A DNA stretch of 30,007 bases, from positions 1 to 30,007 of the IMG/VR virus record IMGVR_UViG_3300012231_000037; one strand, given 5' to 3'. The first letter of the stretch is position 1; each line of letters begins with the position of its first letter. The notes below the pieces were generated by a model that did no database searches, was not told the origin of the DNA, and saw nothing but the letters and a program-made list of their open reading frames with translations. This DNA is from a virus (lineage: Duplodnaviria; Caudoviricetes). The position numbers and the translations under genes are program-made. Below are positions 24,482 through 30,007 of the stretch, piece after piece.

Positions 24482-25395
24482 GACCCGAACTCCGCGGCCA
24501 CAGCCAGCAGACTCGCGTGGTCATCTGTGTCCATCGCGCGTTCCGTATCGCCAGCATCAATCAAGTGCACCCCGCGCGGGTCAAGGATGAAGTTCCACGG
24601 GCGGACGTCCCCGTGTCCCTCGACGGGCGTAGCGCGAATCCAGTCCGCGACCTGACGACGCGGCGGGTAGATTCCGGACAGGCGCTCATAGGTGCGCAAG
24701 TTGATGCCGGCCATCCACGGGCGATCCTCGCGCTTCCGCAGGATGAACAGGCGCTTCTCATCAAAGCTTGAGGTAATCCCGAGCATCCCCGGCCAGATAC
24801 CCTCAGGCGCATCCCAGTACGGCCGCGTGATCGTATCCTTGGGCGTCTCAAACAAGAACATCGGTCGACGTAGATTGCACAGGTGACTCGGCGTCGTCGT
24901 CAGCAACTTCGGCTTGTGCGCCACGAGGTCGCAGTACAATGCTTCGACCTGAGGGCCGTTGTGCGCCATTGTCTCCCACGGGTGCGGTGTCTCCACGATG
25001 ACGCGGTCACCCAAGTCCATGACCGCTTCCAGGGCGGCTTCGTCCATATGGTGGAGGACGTTCAATGCGAGCACAACATCGAAGTGCTCACAGGTGCCGA
25101 GTGTGCGCAGCTGGTCGACCGTCAGGCGTTGCTGGAGATGAATGATGGGCGCGTTCGCCTCGCACAAGTCCCACAGACGCGGGTCGTCGTCCACGGCCAC
25201 GCACACCGCACCAGGATAATCCTCGGCCAAGCGGAAGCTGAAGTACCCCAGGTGTGCACCGAGGTCGAGCACGGTGAACGGGCGGCGGAACTGATCGAAG
25301 ACCGGACGCATCGCGTCGTAGCGTGACGCGCACTCCCGCACGCCCGCGAAGGCGCGCTGACCACGTGCCCAAACGTCCTGGTAGACTTCCATCAT
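24478..25395 (-). CDS. SAM methyltransferase fused to a kinase-like catalytic module (WbdD-like)
   Basis: VLDLGAHLGYFSFRLA, CVAVDD, FDVVLALNVLHH; C-terminal HGDVRPWN...HLIDAG; ATGA-coupled start at 25395. Confidence 0.8.
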   Translation of the reverse strand: MMEVYQDVWARGQRAFAGVRECASRYDAMRPVFDQFRRPFTVLDLGAHLGYFSFRLAEDYPGAVCVAVDDDPRLWDLCEANAPIIHLQQRLTVDQLRTLGTCEHFDVVLALNVLHHMDEAALEAVMDLGDRVIVETPHPWETMAHNGPQVEALYCDLVAHKPKLLTTTPSHLCNLRRPMFLFETPKDTITRPYWDAPEGIWPGMLGITSSFDEKRLFILRKREDRPWMAGINLRTYERLSGIYPPRRQVADWIRATPVEGHGDVRPWNFILDPRGVHLIDAGDTERAMDTDDHASLLAVAAEFGS

Positions 25396-26066
25396 CGGTG
25401 CCTCAGCAGCACGTCGTCCGAGAAGCGTGTCACCACGTCGTACTCCGGCAGCAACTCGAGGATGCGCTCGAGACCAACTTGTCCCTCGTAGAGCTCCCGC
25501 TGGTTGTATTCGGTGTAGAGGAATCGCGTGCATCTTCGGAGGGTGTCGAGTCCGCCCTGAATCAAGTCCACCTCGGCACCCTGCACGTCGGCCCAGATGA
25601 AGTCGATCCGCTCCTCGCTCATCGTCGCGGCCCACGTGTCCAAGCGGATGATGGGCACCTTGACGGGTGCACCGAACTGACACCACGGGTACTGCGTCAG
25701 GTGCAGCTTCGGGCGGCGGATAGAACCCGACAGGTCCCACCCATGCGGCAGGCGCGCGGCGACAGCGGCCGCCTCAGGTGCCGGCAACGGCGATGGTAAG
25801 CCTTCGCTCGGGTAGAACCGCGTCGTGGCGTTCTCGTTCCCGACGGCCATAGGCACGAGGACGACGCGCGAATCTTTCACGGCGAAGCGCGCGAGTGCAC
25901 GCGGGTCCGGCTCGAAGCAGTAGATGCGGGCCTGCGGAAAGGCCTCGAGCATCCGCTTGGTGTCCGTCCCATCGTTACATCCAATCTCCAGGATGATCGG
26001 GTCGGGACGTCCGATGAGGCGACTCATCTCCTCGAGACTCAAGGTCCCGGGCGTGATCGGCAGCAT
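25392..26066 (-). CDS. FkbM-family methyltransferase (NoeI-like sugar O-methyltransferase)
   Basis: ILEIGCNDG, FEPDP, AVGN, IRLD, IDFIWADVQGAE, YTEY...LYEGQ. Confidence 0.9.
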   Translation of the reverse strand: MLPITPGTLSLEEMSRLIGRPDPIILEIGCNDGTDTKRMLEAFPQARIYCFEPDPRALARFAVKDSRVVLVPMAVGNENATTRFYPSEGLPSPLPAPEAAAVAARLPHGWDLSGSIRRPKLHLTQYPWCQFGAPVKVPIIRLDTWAATMSEERIDFIWADVQGAEVDLIQGGLDTLRRCTRFLYTEYNQRELYEGQVGLERILELLPEYDVVTRFSDDVLLRHR

Positions 26067-26110
26067 GTTCACCTACTGAGAATCGTCACAGGACATGCGA
26101 CGACGCCACC

Positions 26111-26130
26111 ATTATACCACGATGCGTCAA
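26111..26130 (-). promoter_or_regulatory. Candidate sigma70 promoter (extended -10 TGGTATAAT) for the glycan cassette
   Basis: Minus strand reads TTGACGCATCGTGGTATAAT about 45 nt upstream of the first cassette gene. TTGACG is only 8 nt from the -10, so it is not a canonical -35. Confidence 0.5.
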
Positions 26131-26133
26131 CTT

Positions 26134-26529
26134 TTATACGACCTCTCCGAGGGTCACTTCGTTGAAGAACGGGCGGTTCGTCCCGCTGTCTTCGAATCCT
26201 TTGATCTCGACAATTGGTGCCGTCGCACCGTCGGAGAGAACGATCTTGTCCCGGGGATCGACGGGTTCCGTCCGTGTCGCAGCGCCGTTGTCGGCAAACG
26301 GTTCGAGGAAGGTCACCGTCGCCAGCGACATGACGAGTCGACCTGCTCCGGTGTACTTCTCCTTGCGCGTGCGATCCACGAGCGCCTGACGCGAGACTGG
26401 CGAGGCGTACTGCTCCTCGCCGTCGCCGTTCTGACTGATCCAGGCGAAATGCTGGACGGTGACCTGCAAGTCCCCGGTCAGGTCATTGGCCAACGCCACG
26501 CCGCCACGGATAAGATCTGCGAATCCCAT
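26134..26529 (-). CDS. Head closure / head-tail joining protein
   Basis: 131-aa beta-rich ORF TAATG-coupled to the adaptor; position in the module. Confidence 0.7.
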   Translation of the reverse strand: MGFADLIRGGVALANDLTGDLQVTVQHFAWISQNGDGEEQYASPVSRQALVDRTRKEKYTGAGRLVMSLATVTFLEPFADNGAATRTEPVDPRDKIVLSDGATAPIVEIKGFEDSGTNRPFFNEVTLGEVV

Positions 26530-27113
26530 TAGGATGCTCCAAAGAGAATGCCGCGCTTGAGCGCGGAACGGGCGTACCACGACGGCGGGATCATGTCCCG
26601 CACAGAATCCGGCATCGCCTTGCTGAGGTAACCGAACGCAGGTCCGAGCGACCGGACATACGCATCGAAGGCCTCGATGGTCGAGAAGTTGTTGGCGCCG
26701 AACGTCAACGCGACCGACCCCGCCTTGATGGACGTCAAGCTGGATTCAGACCCGATGACCTTGAGGGCGGCATTGTCCGCCGTGCGATCTCCCGCGAGGA
26801 GGATGCCGGCGTACTCACACTGGGCGTCCTTCAGCTGCTGCGGAATCACGGTCGACGCGAGCGCAAACCCGTTGGCCGTCAACATGCCCGTGCGGGGCCA
26901 CGAGAGCGCCTGCACGTCGTCCGTGGACGCGCCCGTCCATCGGAACAGTGAGTTCATCAAGCGGCAGGCCCACTCGAGCGCTTGCTCGATGACAGGATCC
27001 GCCGCGGCGAGCGGTGCAGTGTTGAACAGGCGCGCTCCCCAGTAGGCTTTGTACTCAACGACCGTCGCGTAGCTGTTCGCATTCGCATCGCCTGGCGTGG
27101 CAACGAGGGACAT
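26529..27113 (-). CDS. Head-tail adaptor (DnaT-like phage family)
   Basis: ANSYAT, QALSWPR, IPQQLKDAQCEYA, KAGSV motifs; immediately after the capsid gene. Confidence 0.8.
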   Translation of the reverse strand: MSLVATPGDANANSYATVVEYKAYWGARLFNTAPLAAADPVIEQALEWACRLMNSLFRWTGASTDDVQALSWPRTGMLTANGFALASTVIPQQLKDAQCEYAGILLAGDRTADNAALKVIGSESSLTSIKAGSVALTFGANNFSTIEAFDAYVRSLGPAFGYLSKAMPDSVRDMIPPSWYARSALKRGILFGAS

Positions 27114-27133
27114 GGCAGGTCTCCTTACGGTTG

Positions 27134-27171
27134 AAAAGCGAACCGGACGGGGCCGCGATGACCCCGCCCGG
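27134..27171 (-). terminator. Intrinsic terminator after the major capsid gene
   Basis: CCGGGCGGGGTC / GGCCCCGTCCGG stem followed by TTCGCTTTT. Confidence 0.7.
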
Positions 27172-27185
27172 CAGAACGTCGCGTC

Positions 27186-28265
27186 TTACGTGGTCGTCAT
27201 GTGGAGGATGCCCGAGCGACCCTGGGCGTCGGAACGCGGCAGCGGCACCGCGATCTGGAACGCCTTGAAGTTGATCTCGAACCCACCGTACTCGTCCCAC
27301 TGGACGGTCTGAAGCGACTCGCCCTGGACCCAGACGATGTTGTCCGCGGTCATCTGCACGAACACGACGGAACCCGACGGGAGCTGATCCGCAACCCGCA
27401 CACCCTTGATCGCCGGCACCGCCTCGATGCGCTGCCGAATGGTCTGCGAGCTGACGGTCGAACCCGTCGGCGTGTAGTCGTTCTCGATCAGCACGCCCGC
27501 GTCCGTGGGAATGTAGATCATGAACGGTCCGTACTGACGCTGCGCCGACAGCGCCGTGAGCGCGGCGAGAACGTCCGCGAGGATGGACGGCCCCGTCTTG
27601 CCCGTGGTGCCCCACGCCAGATTGCTGTCGAAGGTCACCGACACGATGCGATCCGGGAACGTCGTGTAGCCGTAGATCGGCAGACCGCCGAACGTCTTGC
27701 CACCCTGGAACAGCATCTTCTCAGCCTTCTCCGCGACCACGCGGCCCGCCGTGGCCACCTGGGTCGTGTCGAGCGCTTCACCCTTCTCCCTCGACGCTGC
27801 GAGCTCTCGCAGGTTGATGAAGAAGTCCTTGTGCGTGATCGGCAGCGGGAGCTGGTTGAGCGAGAACTCCTGCCGGTCATTCGGACTGCGGCTGACGCCA
27901 TCGAGCGACACCTCAGCCTCGTCCATGAACGTCACCTTCTCGTAGCCGAAGACCGTCTTGCCGAGTGCGTTCGGCACAGGGCGGACGAGTCCGGCCGCGA
28001 TGAGGTCCGCGACACCCACGAGACGGATGAGCGCCTCGTTGATGAGCACGTCATCGAAGAACTTCCACTCTTCGTGACGCAGCGTGTCGAGGGTCCGCAG
28101 GGCCGAGCACGAGAGTGCCTTCCCCGCGAGGGCAGCCGCCTTCAGCTGCTGTGTGGCCCAGCGGCCACCCGAACCCCGATTGAAGAGCGTCTTGCCGTCG
28201 TCGAAGACGGTGGGCGCGGCCTTGCGGGAGAGGCCTCCCCGCTTGCTTGCGATGCTTCTCGCCAT
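27186..28265 (-). CDS. Major capsid protein (HK97 fold, encapsulin/linocin-like family)
   Basis: 359 aa from ATG 28265 with AAGGAG RBS; LRHEEWKFFD, LPLPITHKDF, IYGYTT, YGPF; followed by a terminator. Confidence 0.9.
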   Translation of the reverse strand: MARSIASKRGGLSRKAAPTVFDDGKTLFNRGSGGRWATQQLKAAALAGKALSCSALRTLDTLRHEEWKFFDDVLINEALIRLVGVADLIAAGLVRPVPNALGKTVFGYEKVTFMDEAEVSLDGVSRSPNDRQEFSLNQLPLPITHKDFFINLRELAASREKGEALDTTQVATAGRVVAEKAEKMLFQGGKTFGGLPIYGYTTFPDRIVSVTFDSNLAWGTTGKTGPSILADVLAALTALSAQRQYGPFMIYIPTDAGVLIENDYTPTGSTVSSQTIRQRIEAVPAIKGVRVADQLPSGSVVFVQMTADNIVWVQGESLQTVQWDEYGGFEINFKAFQIAVPLPRSDAQGRSGILHMTTT

Positions 28266-28317
28266 GTGTTCTGTCTCCTTGGAATGACTGCCCAAACGGG
28301 TCAGTCGGAAAGGGTCC

Positions 28318-28758
28318 TTACAGGACCTCGACGCGGATCGCCGTGGCCGCAGCCACAAGGCCCGCGTCCGTCAGCGAACGCGCCACGGGGTGAACGCCGC
28401 CGCTCGTCTTGAGCGTGCCGTCGCCGACGGAATCCAGAAGCTCGTCTTCCGAGATGTTCTGACCCGACGCGATGTAGGCCACCACCTGGTCGCCCGGCGC
28501 ACAGACGGCCACCTTCACAGTGTCGCCCGAAGCGTAGAACGCCGTGCTCGTGCCCGAGCCCTGGCGCGAGTTGTCGATACCCTGGCCGAGTTCATCGCGC
28601 TCGACGGCGATGGCGAACGGGCAGGCCGCGCTGTTGGCCGTCTGGTTCGCGAGAGCTGAGACACCCTTGACGAGGTATCCCGGCTTGATGGTCTCCGTGG
28701 CGACACCCTCTTCGTTGTACTGGGGTTCGCCGCGGAGGACGATGGAACGGTTCTTCAT
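28318..28758 (-). CDS. Capsid decoration/cement protein
   Basis: IKPGYLV, YASGDTV, GQNI...L.S.GDGTLK; directly upstream of the capsid gene. Confidence 0.75.
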   Translation of the reverse strand: MKNRSIVLRGEPQYNEEGVATETIKPGYLVKGVSALANQTANSAACPFAIAVERDELGQGIDNSRQGSGTSTAFYASGDTVKVAVCAPGDQVVAYIASGQNISEDELLDSVGDGTLKTSGGVHPVARSLTDAGLVAAATAIRVEVL

Positions 28759-28791
28759 GATCGGTCTCCTGTGTCTTGTGGTGCTGGTTGA

Positions 28792-29208
28792 CTACGCCGA
28801 CGGCGAGAACACCTGTCCGCCACTCGGTCGGATGCTGACGTTCGCCTCGAGTCCGCCGTCGACCGGCGCCTTCGGTGCGATGTTCGAGACGAACCCGGAA
28901 AACACCCACGAGGCGCCATCCGGAAAGTCGATCTCGTAGAGATCCTTCGTGCCATCGGCCCACGCCTTCATCAGACCGGCGACAGCGTTGTGGGTCTGGT
29001 CAGCCGACGGGAGAAAGCCCAGCATGAACTGGAGCTCACCCTTGCGTCGGATGCCAACCACGTAGCTGTCATCGTCCGAGTTGTGCATCGTGGTCTCGAT
29101 GGGCTTGCGACTCAGCGGCGGCGGCGTGATGTCTCGCAGTTCGGCGATTGCCGTGCCGTTCCGCTTGATGATCGTGCCGTGCGCTGAGATGGCATTGGAT
29201 TCACTCAT
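28792..29208 (-). CDS. Major tail tube protein
   Basis: AIAELRDITPP.LSR..IETT......YVVG....GE...YEIDFPDG..W.FSGFV...AP.DG....V.IRPSG is a lambda gpV/TP901-like tube pattern; AGGAG RBS. Confidence 0.85.
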   Translation of the reverse strand: MSESNAISAHGTIIKRNGTAIAELRDITPPPLSRKPIETTMHNSDDDSYVVGIRRKGELQFMLGFLPSADQTHNAVAGLMKAWADGTKDLYEIDFPDGASWVFSGFVSNIAPKAPVDGGLEANVSIRPSGGQVFSPSA

Positions 29209-29271
29209 GTGCCTCTCCTGGAGGTAGGACGCCTGCCGCGGAATTGCGACAGGTCACCCGCCTCAGTTGCG

Positions 29272-30007
29272 CTACGCCTTGACGGGCTGACGCGAGGCCA
29301 GCACGCGCGCGTTGAGATCGGGCGCCGCCGGCACAAGCTTCGGACCGTCGCCATCGGTACGGGCCACGCCCGCGCCGCTGTAGTCCACCGCCGCCGTCTT
29401 GATGTCGGCCAGCGCCACGAGCTGGTCGAGCTCCGCCTGGGACATCGCCTTGAGCTTCTCGTCCGTGAAGGTGCAGCGCTTGGACGCCTTCAGCGTGGCG
29501 ATGGTCGTGTCCTTCTTCGCCTGCCCCACAGCCAGGCCGCTCGTCACGAGCTCACGGACGTCCGCGGACGCCGTCTTGAGCACGTCCTCGAAGGTCACCG
29601 CCTTCGGGGTCTCGACCACCGGCGCCGCGGCACTCGCCACGACCGGGGTCTTCACTTCGGTCGTCGGCGCCTCGATGGCCTCGAACCGAACCAGCGTCTC
29701 TTCTGACGCCTCGCCGAGCATCTTCTCGTCGGCCGCCGTGAACAGCTTGGGCTGCTTGGCGATGAGCGCCTTGATGCGTTCGCACTTCGTCATGTTCGTC
29801 TCCTCTTCCTTGGTTGCGCCCGACGCCGCCTTCGGCTCCGGGCAGTTTACGACTTCCTTCTTGGCGTGGCGCGCACCGGTCGGTTCCATCACCGGTTCGA
29901 AGGTCTGCACCACTTCAACCTCGACGCGATTGCCGTCCACCGTGTAGGCGCCGTTCGCCTCGGTGTAGGCGCGCTGGTAGAGGCAGTAGCCTCCGCCCTG
30001 TTCGTAG
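29272..30007 (-). CDS. Prohead protease/scaffold protein, C-terminal part (5' end outside window)
   Basis: Frame is open to the window edge; charged Ala/Lys/Glu helical scaffold-like C-terminus; lies upstream of the head genes. Confidence 0.7.
   Translation of the reverse strand, partial: YEQGGGYCLYQRAYTEANGAYTVDGNRVEVEVVQTFEPVMEPTGARHAKKEVVNCPEPKAASGATKEEETNMTKCERIKALIAKQPKLFTAADEKMLGEASEETLVRFEAIEAPTTEVKTPVVASAAAPVVETPKAVTFEDVLKTASADVRELVTSGLAVGQAKKDTTIATLKASKRCTFTDEKLKAMSQAELDQLVALADIKTAAVDYSGAGVARTDGDGPKLVPAAPDLNARVLASRQPVKA

Noticed and set aside
22033-26066. Bacterial LPS/capsule locus or host contamination
   Set aside because: Genes overlap phage structural genes, share their strand and codon style, and lack transport, polymerase and sugar-synthesis genes.
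26529-27113. DnaT-like replication protein
   Set aside because: This family sits after capsid genes in phages and is best read as the head-tail adaptor.
27186-28265. Encapsulin/bacteriocin-like similarity suggesting a nanocompartment
   Set aside because: Context (scaffold, decoration, adaptor, tail genes) identifies it as the phage major capsid protein.
13-29947. Numerous plus-strand ORFs in the track (e.g. 27201..28412, 14620..15462, 17977..18660)
   Set aside because: Antisense shadows of high-GC minus-strand genes, with no RBS or recognisable motifs.

Overview
About 30 kb of a high-GC (roughly 65% by eye) tailed-phage genome with siphovirus-type genes. Every credible gene is on the minus strand. 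In transcription order (right to left) the window holds: (1) the end of a protease/scaffold gene, a tail tube gene placed unusually inside the head module, decoration protein, major capsid protein and head-tail adaptors; (2) a five-gene glycan-synthesis cassette inserted in the virion operon (FkbM/NoeI-like methyltransferase, WbdD-like methyltransferase-kinase, minimal GT11 fucosyltransferase-like enzyme, GT2, GT4); (3) tail completion and terminator genes, frameshifted tail chaperones, tape measure and a large Ig-domain tail protein; (4) a holin and a T4-type lysozyme lacking its catalytic Glu; (5) a metallophosphoesterase and a MazG-like protein; (6) a ~930 bp non-coding control region; (7) many small early genes, including an ImmA-like protease, ATP-dependent ligase, an L7/L12-like domain, Zn-finger proteins, a low-GC methyltransferase and an HNH-like protein; (8) a family A DNA polymerase running off the left edge. 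The most striking system is the candidate virion-glycosylation pathway with fucosylation, O-methylation and O-antigen-like chain capping. No integrase, tRNA, rRNA or CRISPR array was seen. All family assignments come from motifs read by eye, not from database searches.
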